Both the position numbers and the translations under genes were made by a program. Positions 48,686 through 58,467 of a DNA stretch of 61,892 bases are shown here, in pieces. Below the pieces are notes generated by a model that worked only from the letters and a program-made list of their open reading frames with translations, searched no databases and had not been told where the DNA came from. Where the stretch lies: contig JACDQK010000078.1 of assembly GCA_015657645.1 (NCBI GenBank), forward strand, positions 1 to 61,892. Direction: 5' to 3'. Numbering within the stretch: position 1 is the first letter of the stretch; each line of letters opens with the position of its first letter. The DNA comes from Novosphingobium sp. GTDB taxonomy: Bacteria; Pseudomonadota; Alphaproteobacteria; Sphingomonadales; Sphingomonadaceae.

Positions 48686-49674
48686 TGGCGGACTGTGCTG
48701 TCTGGATGCCGCCCGAATGGCATCCGCAGGACTGGATCTGGATCGGCTTTCCGCACGATCCGGTCGAGTGGCCGGGCTTCCTGAGCCGCGCGCAGGAGCA
48801 GATCGCCGCCTTTGCCAATGCCGTCGCGGAGAGCGGGCAACAGGTGCGGCTGATCGTGCGCGATGAGGCCAACCGGGCGCGGGCCGCAGCGCTGTGCAGC
48901 GCGGCGGTGCAGCTGGAAGTGCGGCGCTATGGCGATGTCTGGCTGCGCGATACCGGTCCGCTGGTGGTGCAGCGGGACGGCGCGCCGCTGGGTCAGCGCT
49001 TCGGCTTCAATGGCTGGGGCGGGAAGTACCTGATGGACGGCGATCAGGAGATCGGGGCTGAACTGGCGGAAAGCGCCGGGCTGCCGGTTGCGACGGCCGA
49101 CTGGATCCTCGAAGGCGGCGCGCTTGATTGCGACGGCACTGGGCTGGTGGCGACGACCGAGCAATGCCTGCTCAACCCCAATCGCAACCCCGCCTTGTCG
49201 CGGGCCGATCTGGAAGGACGGCTGGCGCGCGATCTTGGTTTCGACAAGGTGCTTTGGCTGGGCGAAGGCTTGATCAACGATCACACCGATGGCCATGTCG
49301 ACAACCTCGCCCGCTTCGTCGCGCCGGGGGTGCTGGCCGTGCCGCGTGCCAGCGGGTCGGACGATGCCAACGCCGCGATCTATGCCGATGCCAGGTCGCG
49401 CGCCGAAGCGTTCGGGCTCAAGGTGGCGGAAGTCCCGTCGCCCGGGCGAGTGGAAAGCGAAGGCGGGCGGATCGAACCGGCGAGCTACATGAACTTTGCC
49501 GTGACCAGCAAGGTGGTGGTCGTCCCGACCTATGGCTCGAAGCATGACGAGGACGGCGTGGCGGCAGTCGAGGCGCTATTCCCGGACCGCGCGGTGGTGG
49601 GCGTGCTGGCCGATGCGGTGCTGGCCGGCGGCGGCTCGTTCCACTGCGCCAGCCAGCAGATGCCGCGGTTTTGA
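48685..49674 (+). CDS. Agmatine deiminase / peptidylarginine deiminase family protein
   Basis: MPPEW, WLRDTGP, EGG, HTDGHVD, SYMNF, GGGSFHCASQQ. Confidence 0.9.
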   Translation: MADCAVWMPPEWHPQDWIWIGFPHDPVEWPGFLSRAQEQIAAFANAVAESGQQVRLIVRDEANRARAAALCSAAVQLEVRRYGDVWLRDTGPLVVQRDGAPLGQRFGFNGWGGKYLMDGDQEIGAELAESAGLPVATADWILEGGALDCDGTGLVATTEQCLLNPNRNPALSRADLEGRLARDLGFDKVLWLGEGLINDHTDGHVDNLARFVAPGVLAVPRASGSDDANAAIYADARSRAEAFGLKVAEVPSPGRVESEGGRIEPASYMNFAVTSKVVVVPTYGSKHDEDGVAAVEALFPDRAVVGVLADAVLAGGGSFHCASQQMPRF

Positions 49675-49698
49675 CAGCACCTCAGGCGTGACGAATCC

Positions 49699-49737
49699 TT
49701 GACTCCGCACCCTCGCGCATTTAGTTTCAACTGAAAC
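49699..49737 (+). promoter_or_regulatory. sigma70-like promoter TTGACT-N17-TAGTTT overlapped by palindromic operator GTTTCA-AC-TGAAAC
   Basis: Read directly upstream of the hppD RBS (AGGAG). Confidence 0.65.
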
Positions 49738-49765
49738 CGAAATCCGCGACAGGAGCACATGCGCC

Positions 49766-50853
49766 ATGGCCGACCTTTTCGAAAACCCGCTGGGCCTCGA
49801 CGGGTTCGAATTCGTCGAATTCTGCGCGCCGGAAAAGGGCGTGCTGGAGCCGGTCTTTGCTGCGATGGGCTTTACCGAGATTGCCCGTCACCGCGCCAAG
49901 ACGTCCAGCTGTGGCGCCAGGGCGATATCAACCTGATCGCCAATTACGAACCGAAGAGCCCGGCCTGGTACTTCGCACAGGAACACGGTCCTTCGGCCTG
50001 CGGGATGGGCTGGCGGGTGCGCGATGCCGCCAAGGCCTATGCCGAAGCGATCGAGCGCGGGGCCGAGCCGGTCGAAAGCCGCACCGGAGTGATGGAACTG
50101 CGCCTGCCGGCCTTCCGCGGCATCGGCGGTTCGATGATCTATCTGATCGACCGCTACGGCGCTGACCTGTCGATCTATGACATCGACTTCGTCTACCATG
50201 CCGGCGTCGATCGCCACCCGGTCGGCACGGGCCTTCACCTGATCGATCACCTGACCCACAACGTCTATGGCGGACGCATGGCCCACTGGGCCGCCTTCTA
50301 TGAGCGGATCGCCGGTTTCCGCGAGATCCGCTATTTCGACATCAAAGGCGAATACACGGGCCTCACCAGCAAGGCGATGACCGCGCCCGACGGCAAGATC
50401 CGCATTCCCCTGAACGAGGAAGGCGCCGGTGGCGGCGGCCAGATCGAGGAGTACCTGCGCGCCTATAACGGCGAGGGGATCCAGCACATCGCCTTTGCCT
50501 GCGACGATCTCTACGCTGTCTGGGATCGACTCGCCGCACTCGGCACGCCCTTTGCCCCCGCACCGCCGGCCACATATTACGAAATGCTGGGCGAGCGCCT
50601 GCCCGGCCACGGCGAACCCGTCGGTGAGCTCCAGAAGCGCGGCATCCTGCTCGATGGCTCGACCGAAAACGATGATCCGCGCCTGCTGCTGCAGATCTTC
50701 AGCCAGACCATGATCGGCCCGGTGTTCTTCGAATTCATCCAGCGTAAGAAGGACGAGGGCTTTGGCGAGGGCAACTTCACCGCCCTGTTCAAGTCGATTG
50801 AGGCCGACCAGATCCGCCGCGGCGCGCTGCAGGTCGAAGGGGCTGACCAGTGA
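49766..50853 (+). CDS. hppD: 4-hydroxyphenylpyruvate dioxygenase (1-bp deletion near 49900)
   Basis: [19 protein letters not shown]; [29 protein letters not shown]. Confidence 0.95.
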
Positions 50854-51410
50854 CCGCCGTCCCCGCGCTCGAGCGCATCCACCACGTCGCCTACCGCTGC
50901 CGCGACGCCAAGGAGACGGTGGACTGGTACACGCGGATGCTCGGCATGCGCTACACCACCGCCTTTGCCGAGGATCACGTCCCCTCAACCGGGGAATTCG
51001 ATCCCTACATGCACGTCTTCCTCGATTGCGGCGGCGGCAATGTGCTGGCCTTCTTCGAGCTGCCCAACCAGCCGGAAATGGGCAAGGACCCCAATACCCC
51101 GGCCTGGGTCCAGCACCTGGCCTTCAAGGTCGCCGATCTCGACGCGCTGCTCGCCGCCAAGGCCCACCTTGAGGCGCAGGGTGTGGACGTGCTGGGGCCG
51201 ACCTATCACGGCGTGTTCCGCTCGATCTATTTCTTCGATCCCAACGGCCACCGGCTGGAACTGGCCTGCGATATCGGCACGCCCGATCAGTACGCCGAAC
51301 TGGCGGCCGTCGCTCCGGCGATGCTGCACGAGTGGAACGAGACCAGGCGCGCCCCGCGCCATGCCTCGTGGCTGCACGAGGACCCGGCCGAGCGCGGCGA
51401 TCCGGCCTAG
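50850..51410 (+). CDS. VOC/glyoxalase-family protein
   Basis: [31 protein letters not shown]; GTGA-coupled to hppD. Confidence 0.88.
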   Translation: MTAVPALERIHHVAYRCRDAKETVDWYTRMLGMRYTTAFAEDHVPSTGEFDPYMHVFLDCGGGNVLAFFELPNQPEMGKDPNTPAWVQHLAFKVADLDALLAAKAHLEAQGVDVLGPTYHGVFRSIYFFDPNGHRLELACDIGTPDQYAELAAVAPAMLHEWNETRRAPRHASWLHEDPAERGDPA

Positions 51411-52880
51411 GCCGATCCTTCCAGCGGTCCGGTGCCGACCAGCGCCGCCAGGAAGATCGCGCCCATGATCGCGCCGACGGCCAGGCTGCGCCGGTCGCGG
51501 ATCGCGAACGCGACCGGATCGCCCTCGACCTCGCGCGCGAGCCATGATCCAGATCCGGTTGAGCCAGTAGAGCAGCGGCAGGCACAGCAGCAAAAGCAGG
51601 TCCGGCTGGGCATAGGCGGCAATCGCCTCGGGCTCGTGGGCAAACAGCGCCAGGACCAGGATCGCCACCATGCCGGCTGCCACGCCCGAGATCATCACCA
51701 GGTCGGCGTCGCCGCCGACATAACCGCGGCCCTTGACCAGTTGTCGCTGGTCGGTGCTGCCCTGAATTTCGATGTAGCGCTTGAGATAGGCCAGGCTGAG
51801 AAACAGGAAGACCGAGAACAGCAGCAGCCAATAGCTGATCGCGACCCCGATCGCGGCGCCGCCGATCCAGATCCGGATCGTGTACAGCATGGCGAGGGCC
51901 AGGGCATCGGCCACCATCGCCGCCTTGAGCCGGAGCGAATAGGCCAGCGACAGCGCGACATAGGCGGACAGCCAGAAGGCCAGGGCGATGCCGCCGGTCA
52001 GCCAGCCGACCGTCAGCCCGCCCAGGCCGAGCAGCACGGCCCAGCCCAGTGCGGCCGGGATGGTCAGATCGCCGTGAGCGAGCGGGCGCTGCCACTTGGT
52101 CCGGTGCGCCCGGTCAGCATCGATATCGAGCAGGTCGTTGACGAGGTAGATCGCCGAGGCGATCGCCGACATGGCCAGTGCCGCGACCACGGCCTTGGCC
52201 ACCAGCAGCGGTTCGATGAAACTGCCCGACATCAGCAGCGGCACCAGCACCAGTGCGTTCTTGGCCCATTGGTGCGGGCGCAGCGCCTTGAGCAGGGTGA
52301 CAGGGTGGCGCGGCGGGGGCGGCCCGAGCCGCTCGGCCGAGCCGTCGGCCGGCAGCAGCCCGAGCGTCCAGCCGCGGCGCGCGGCGCGCCACAGCGGCCG
52401 GTCGGCGGCACTGTCACCAGCGTAGTCGAACTGCCCGTCCGGTCCAATCCGGGCGCGGATCGCAGTGAGCTTCGCCTGACCCTTGAGGTTGCGGCGGCGC
52501 GTGCTGGCCAGCACCGGTTCGGCCAGGCCCAGGTGGCGGGCGATCGCTGCCACCGGGCGCCAGTGGCTGGCGCTGGCGAGGATCACCGGGCGGCCTTCGG
52601 CGCGGGCGGCGGCGATCAGGTCCAGCACTTCACGCCGATAGGGCAGCAGCGCCGGGTCGATCCGGTCGTGCCGGGCGGCAAAGGTCTTGGCGGCGGCACG
52701 GCCCCGCAGCAGTGCCAGCACCATCCGCAGCGCCAGCAGCAGGCCCGAGCGCATCACCCGGACGAAGCTTTCGAGCGACAGATCGGCGCGCAGCAGCGTT
52801 CCATCAACATCGATGCACAGCGGCACGGGGGGCTCGGCCGCGACGGCGGCAGGTGCCGCGATTGGCTGGTGCAGCGTCAT
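51407..52880 (-). CDS. HAD-phosphatase + UbiA-family prenyltransferase fusion (polyprenyl-phosphate phosphoribosyltransferase-like); indels near 51535
   Basis: CIDVDGTL and YAGDS (HAD); LRPHQWAKN, YLVNDLLDIDADRAH, YSLRLK (UbiA); C-terminal DPVAFAIRD in the next frame. Confidence 0.88.
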
Positions 52881-52884
52881 CGCC

Positions 52885-53247
52885 TCAGGCCGACCGGGCC
52901 ACCAGCACGCAGCCGGCCGCGATCAGCAGGGTGCCGGCAATCCGCCCGGCGGTCACCTGTTCGCCAAGGACCAGCGCACCGGCCAGCATGGTGAAGATGA
53001 AGCCCAGTCCGACAAAGGGATAGGCCAGCGAGAGCGGCGCGCGCGCCAGGACGAACAGCCACAGCACTGCGCCCAGCCCGTAGAGCGCGAGACCGCCGAG
53101 GATGTAAGGCGATTGGGCCATGGCCAGCAGCTCGCTGCCGGCCCCGCGACTGCGGGCCGCGGCGCCCGTGCCGGTCTTGAGCGCAAGCTGCGCCAGCGCC
53201 GACAGCGCGACCGAAGCCAGAATCAGCAGGAGCAGGCGCAAAGACAT
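52885..53247 (-). CDS. SMR/EamA-like small transporter (ArnE/F-type flippase candidate)
   Basis: 4 TM segments; AQLALK, LSLAYP, LGEQVT...GTLLI. Confidence 0.8.
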   Translation of the reverse strand: MSLRLLLLILASVALSALAQLALKTGTGAAARSRGAGSELLAMAQSPYILGGLALYGLGAVLWLFVLARAPLSLAYPFVGLGFIFTMLAGALVLGEQVTAGRIAGTLLIAAGCVLVARSA

Positions 53248-53284
53248 GGCGCAAGGCCATAGCCCGGCACCGGTCAAGACCTCG

Positions 53285-54721
53285 TTAACGCTGGTTTTTC
53301 CGGGTGAGCCAGGCGATCCAGCCGCCCGCCGCGATCAGCAGCAGGAACGGCGTCAGGATCAGGCGGTGCCGCTCGCCGAACTCGAACCAGACGTTGGTGA
53401 GGCCGATCGCGGCAAACAGCGCAAGGGTATAGAGCGCCACCGGATCGCTCCAGCCGCGCCGCAACCGGGCCCAGGTCGCCAGGGTGGCCGAGGCCAGCAG
53501 CGCAGTCCAGGAGCCCTGCAGCAGCACCTCCAGCCGGGCGTGGTTTTCGGCGCTGATCGGCGGCACGGTGTGGCGATAGCGCGCCAGCGAAGCTTCCTCG
53601 AAGGCAAAGCCCCAGGCCAGCGAGCGGGCATATTCGCGCGCCGCCCCCAGCGGGTTATCGAACAGGATGTCGCGCGCCAGCCCGCCCATGATTTGCGCGC
53701 GCTCCGGCTCGGGCAGGTCGAAGATTCCTGGCGGAAAGGGCGCGCGGATATGGACCAGCGCCGAATTGGCCATGAAGCCCGAGGCCGTGGTCAAGGGCAC
53801 GAAGGCGCCGAATACCAGCCAGTTGCGAACCCACCAGGGCAGCAGCACGGCGAGCAGCGCCGGGAGCGCCGTCAGCCCCAGTCGCAGCGTCGGCCAAAAG
53901 CCGCGTTGCCAGACCAGCACCAGCGCAACAAAGGCCGGGGCAATCGCCAGGCTGGCCTGGACCAGCGCCAGCAGGCCCCACCACAGCCCCAGCCACAGCC
54001 CGTGCCGCCAGCGGTGCGCCCCGGTGGTGTCGTTCAGCCAGATCACCACCCCGCGCAGCAGCAGCACGCCGAGCAAGACAGTCAGCGATTCCTTCTGTGG
54101 CAGCCCGGCCCCCAGGGCGAAGGCCGGCCAGGCGAAGCAGGCCAGGCCCGCCAGCTTGCCAGCCGCAGCCATGCCCAGCCGCCGCCCGCTGTCGGCCAGC
54201 GCCCAGGCCGCGATGGCATCGGTCACGGTCGCCAGGGCCAGGGTCGACCAGGCGGAGATCCCGAACAGCGCCCACCAGCCGGCCAGGACAAGCGGATAGA
54301 GCGGCGGGAAGTAGGCCCTCAGGTCGCGGCCGTACTGGACGTCGTCGGTAATCAGCCCGCGTCCCTCCAGCACGGCAGTCGCGAGGTTGGTATAGTTCAT
54401 CGGGTCGACCCGCAGCGCGACGCCCTGGGTCAGCTCGACCGACCACCAGCGCATCAGTAGCGAGAAGGCCACGATCCCTAAAATTGCTCGCCAGTCGATC
54501 CGCCCGGTTACCGCCTGGGTCGCGGCCAGCGCCATGCTGCCAAGCCACAGTCCAAGCGCGGCCAGGGCAAAGGGATTGAAGCGCTCGTAAAGGGAAACCA
54601 CCAGGACGGCGGCGGCGGCCACCGTGATCAGCGCCAGTCCGCCCAGCAGGATCGAATCCGGCCAGCGGGAAGACTGGCCCGCAGTGGTGAAGGTCCTTTG
54701 CACCAACCAAGTCTCCGGCAT
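53285..54721 (-). CDS. GT-C fold (ArnT/PMT-like) membrane glycosyltransferase
   Basis: Multi-TM; DPMNY, AYFPPLYPLVLA, ESL, LPWWVRNWLVFG, ERHR. Confidence 0.75.
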   Translation of the reverse strand: MPETWLVQRTFTTAGQSSRWPDSILLGGLALITVAAAAVLVVSLYERFNPFALAALGLWLGSMALAATQAVTGRIDWRAILGIVAFSLLMRWWSVELTQGVALRVDPMNYTNLATAVLEGRGLITDDVQYGRDLRAYFPPLYPLVLAGWWALFGISAWSTLALATVTDAIAAWALADSGRRLGMAAAGKLAGLACFAWPAFALGAGLPQKESLTVLLGVLLLRGVVIWLNDTTGAHRWRHGLWLGLWWGLLALVQASLAIAPAFVALVLVWQRGFWPTLRLGLTALPALLAVLLPWWVRNWLVFGAFVPLTTASGFMANSALVHIRAPFPPGIFDLPEPERAQIMGGLARDILFDNPLGAAREYARSLAWGFAFEEASLARYRHTVPPISAENHARLEVLLQGSWTALLASATLATWARLRRGWSDPVALYTLALFAAIGLTNVWFEFGERHRLILTPFLLLIAAGGWIAWLTRKNQR

Positions 54722-54818
54722 TCAGCGACTTGGATTGGCAAGCTGGCGTGAATCAGGCAAGCGCAATCAGCTCGGCGTCATCCGCTCTTTCGCGCGCCGC
54801 CATTTTGGGTAAAGGCCC

Positions 54819-56752
54819 TTGCCAGTGCGCTTTCCGGTTCTTCCTTGCCTCGGCCTGGCAATGCTTGCCACTCCCGCGCTGGCCCAGCGCGCCGGGGAGA
54901 ATGCCGCGACCCAGTCAAGCGATGCCTTCGGCCGCTCGGTCGGGAGCGAGCGGACCGGGCTTTACAACAACGAGGACGTGCGCGGGTTCAATCCGGTCGA
55001 TGCCGGCAACGTGCGGCTGGAAGGGCTGTACTTCGATCAGGTCGAACGGATCTCCTCGCGGATCATCGATGGCAATACGATCCGGGTCGGCGCGGCGGCG
55101 CTGCGCTATCCCTTCCCGGCACCGACGGGCCTGGTCGATTACAACCTGACCCAACCGGGCAAGGACGCCAGCTACAGCTTCAACGCCGAGTACAGCTCAA
55201 CCTCGTCGATTGGGCCGGGCGGATCGTTCGAATTCAAGCAGCCGCTCAGCGATACTTTCGGCATTTCGGGCGGCGTCGGCTTTCGCAATGCGACCCGCTA
55301 TGAAGGCGGGCACAGCCGCTTTCGCCCGCTGGGGCTGACCGCTGCCTGGCGGCCGCAGCAAGGCACTGAAGTGCTGCTGTTCGGTGGGCTGTTCATTTAC
55401 CGCACCGATGAATTGCGGCCTTTCTACTACCCCGTCGGCACCGAGCCGCCGCCCAAGGCCGAGCGCGGGCTTGACCTCAGCCAGCCCTGGGCCAGCCGCA
55501 GCCAGGACCTGTGGACCAGCGGGGCGATCGTCAAGACGCCGCTGCTGGGGGCAAAGCTCGAAGCCGGGCTGTTCTATTCCGCCAAGGATCAGCACAGCGT
55601 CTATGCCGATCTGATGCGCGGGGTTGCCGCCGATGGCTCGGTCGCCAACCGCCGGATTATAGCCGAACGTGACAACTACGATGGTTCGTGGTCGGGCGAG
55701 GTGCGGCTGGTCAAGGAATGGATCGGCAGCACGGTCAATCACCGCCTGATCGCCTCGGTGCGCGGCCGTTCGCGCAATCGCGACTTCGGCGGCGGCAGCG
55801 TGCTGGCGCTGGGCCCCTCGACGATCCTTGCCCGCGATCTGCGCGCCGAGCCGGTCTGGACCCAAGGCGCCAAGAACCGCGACGAAGTGCGTCAGATCAC
55901 GGGCGGCGTTTCCTGGTCGATGGTATCGCCGCAGCGCTTCAGCCTCGATGTTGGCGTGTCCAAGAGCCGCTACCGCAAGGCGCTCGACTTTGCCGATCCG
56001 GCGCTCGCCGATCCGATCACGCGCGACAATCCGCTGCTGCTAAACGTGGCCGGCTCGGTTCATGTGGCGCGCGGGCTGTCAGTCTATGCCGGCTACACGC
56101 GGGGGCAGGAGGAAGCCCTGGTAGCGCCCGATATCGCCACCAACCGCTCCGAAGCCCCGCCGGCGCTGCGCACCAGCCAGGTCGAGGCCGGCGCGCGCTG
56201 GGCGGTGACGCCACGGCTGACCTTCATCGCCGGGGCCTTCTCGATCAAGAAGCCCTACTACAATCTCGATCCGGCGCTGCGCTATCGCCAGCTGGGTGAG
56301 CTGCCAACCGGGGCATCGAAGTGTCGCTGACCGGCCAGCTGATGCCGGGGCTGACGATTGTCGGCGGCTCGCTGTTCCTTGATCCGAAGATCTCGGGCGA
56401 GGCGGTCGACACCCGCCTGATCGGCCCGCGCCCGGTCGGCCAGATCCGCCGCCGCTCGGTCGCGACGATTGACTGGCGGATGGACGAAGGGAAGGGGCCG
56501 CTCTCGATCGATGCGAGCGTGGAGAGCCTCTCAAGCCGCATGGGTAATGCTGCCAACACGCTGATTGCTCCGGCCCGCACCACGTTCAACCTCGGCGCGC
56601 GCTATCGCTTCAAGGCGGCCGGCGGCACCTGGCTGCTGCGGCCCATGGTGCTCAACCTGTTCGACGAATACGGCTGGAACGTGAACGGATCGGGCGGGTT
56701 CACCTATTCGAACCGGCGCCAGATCACGTTGCAGCTCGTCGCCGATTTCTAG
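54819..56752 (+). CDS. TonB-dependent receptor (1-bp deletion near 56304)
   Basis: Signal peptide; VRGFNP..GNVRLEGLY plug-like region; barrel strands; NLFDEY; C-terminal LVADF. Confidence 0.8.
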
Positions 56753-56768
56753 TAGTCCTGTCGGGTGC

Positions 56769-56892
56769 GCCGATGGCATCCGCCATCGGCTTGCAACACC
56801 GGCCCGCTCCCCCGGCCCAACCACCCATTGATGGTACCCTCGGGGTGGTTGGCCGGGGGAGCGGGCCGGTGTTGCTTCCACGGCTAGTGGAA
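56769..56892. repeat. Three tandem hairpins including a 33-bp inverted repeat (REP/MITE-like element and/or bidirectional terminator)
   Basis: GCCGATGGC/GCCATCGGC; arms 56793-56826 and 56843-56875 complementary except one bulged C; TTCCAC/GTGGAA. Confidence 0.75.
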
Positions 56893-56897
56893 AATGG

Positions 56898-58391
56898 CTA
56901 TTCCCCCGGCACCTTGACCCGCAGCATCGCGCCCGCGGCCAGGACCAGCGTCACCGCCGCAAAGGCCATGGTCCAGATCGGCTGATCGGGGAAGAAGGCC
57001 TTCATGATCGAGCCCATCACGGTGGCGACCAGCAGCTGCGGGATCACCACGAAGACGTTGAACAGCCCCATGAAGATGCCCAATTTGGCCTGCGGCAGGC
57101 TGCTCGCCAGGATGGCATAGGGCATGGCCAGGATCGAGGCCCAAGCGATGCCGATGCCGATCTCGCTGACGATCAGCCACTGGGCATCGGGCATGACGAA
57201 GAAGCTGGCATAGCCCGCCGCGCCGCAGAGCAGGCCGAAGACGTGGGTCTTCACCTTGCCGAACCGGCTGGAGAGGAACGGCAGCAGCGTCAGCGCGGCC
57301 ACGGCCGCAACGCCGTTATAAACCGCGAAGAGTACGCCCACCCAGTTGCCGCCTTCCTGGTAAGCGGCGCTGGCCGGATCGGCCGAACCGAAGAAGTTCT
57401 GCGCCACCACCGGCGTGGTGTTGATCCACATGATGAACAGCGCCGACCAGCTGAAGAACTGCACCAGCGCCAGGCGTTGCATGATCTCCGGCATGCCCGA
57501 AAAGTCCCCGACGATCGCCGCCAGCATGTTGTTATCCTTGCCGGCGCGGGCCAGGCGGATCGCGATGTGGCTGATCACGCCGTAGCTGATCAGCAGCATG
57601 GCCAGCAGATAGACTTCCTTTTCCAGCCCCCATTGCTCGGTCGCCAGCGCCAGCATACCGCCCGCCACGATCCACCAGAACGGGCCGCTGTTGCTGCGGC
57701 TGGCCAGCGCGCGCACGGGTTGGCCCTCAGCCTCATGGCCTTCGCCAAAGGTACGCATTTCCTCAGGCGAGTATTCTTTCGTCGTAACAACGGTCCACAG
57801 CACGGCGGCGAACAGCGCCAGCCCGCCGGCCCAGAACGAGTAGCGCACCGTATCGGGGATCTGCCCGAGCGCCGCCTCGTTTGACACGCCCCAGTGTTCG
57901 AGCAAGTAGGGGAAGATCGACCCCACCACTGCGCCCGCGCCGATAAAGGCGGTCTGCACGGCATAGCCCGCCGTATGCTGGTCCTTGCGCAGCATATCGC
58001 CAACAAAGGCGCGGAACGGCTCCATCGAAATATTGAGGCTGGCATCAAGCACCCACAGCAGCACCGCCGCCATCAGCAGCACGTTCGATTCCGGCATGGC
58101 CAGCAGCGACAGTGCGGCCAGGACCGCGCCGAGCAGGAAGAACGGGCGGCGGCGGCCCAGGCGGCCGAGCCAGGTCTTGTCAGAGAGGTGGCCGATGATC
58201 GGCTGGACCAGCAGGCCGGTGAGCGGGGCGGCGACCCACAGCGCAGGCAGGTCATCGATCGACGAGCCGAGCGACTGGAAAACGCGGCTCATGTTGGCGT
58301 TCTGCAGCGCGAAGCCGATCTGGATGCCGAAGAAGCCGAAGCTGATGTTGAACAGCCCGGCCCAGTTCTGCCGCGGTTTTTCCGTAGCCAT
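56898..58391 (-). CDS. MFS sugar transporter (maltose/sucrose, SLC45/MalT-like)
   Basis: NISFGFFGIQIGFALQ, GRRRPF, ISMEPFRA, LVQFFSW, AWASILAMPY. Confidence 0.9.
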   Translation of the reverse strand: MATEKPRQNWAGLFNISFGFFGIQIGFALQNANMSRVFQSLGSSIDDLPALWVAAPLTGLLVQPIIGHLSDKTWLGRLGRRRPFFLLGAVLAALSLLAMPESNVLLMAAVLLWVLDASLNISMEPFRAFVGDMLRKDQHTAGYAVQTAFIGAGAVVGSIFPYLLEHWGVSNEAALGQIPDTVRYSFWAGGLALFAAVLWTVVTTKEYSPEEMRTFGEGHEAEGQPVRALASRSNSGPFWWIVAGGMLALATEQWGLEKEVYLLAMLLISYGVISHIAIRLARAGKDNNMLAAIVGDFSGMPEIMQRLALVQFFSWSALFIMWINTTPVVAQNFFGSADPASAAYQEGGNWVGVLFAVYNGVAAVAALTLLPFLSSRFGKVKTHVFGLLCGAAGYASFFVMPDAQWLIVSEIGIGIAWASILAMPYAILASSLPQAKLGIFMGLFNVFVVIPQLLVATVMGSIMKAFFPDQPIWTMAFAAVTLVLAAGAMLRVKVPGE

Positions 58392-58446
58392 GTCTCTCCC
58401 CTTTATGGGCAGCAGGGCTGGCACGGCCTGACGGGGCAGGCAAGTG

Positions 58447-58463
58447 GCATACGAATACGTAAG
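58447..58463. promoter_or_regulatory. Candidate LacI-family operator GCATACGAATACGTAAG
   Basis: Overlapping ATACG half-sites with central CG, between the LacI gene and the MFS gene. Confidence 0.45.
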
Positions 58464-58467
58464 AGGT

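Noticed and set aside
50985-51406. C-terminal extension of UbiA overlapping the VOC gene
   Set aside because: Produced by indels near 51535; the true C-terminus (DPVAFAIRD...) ends at 51407
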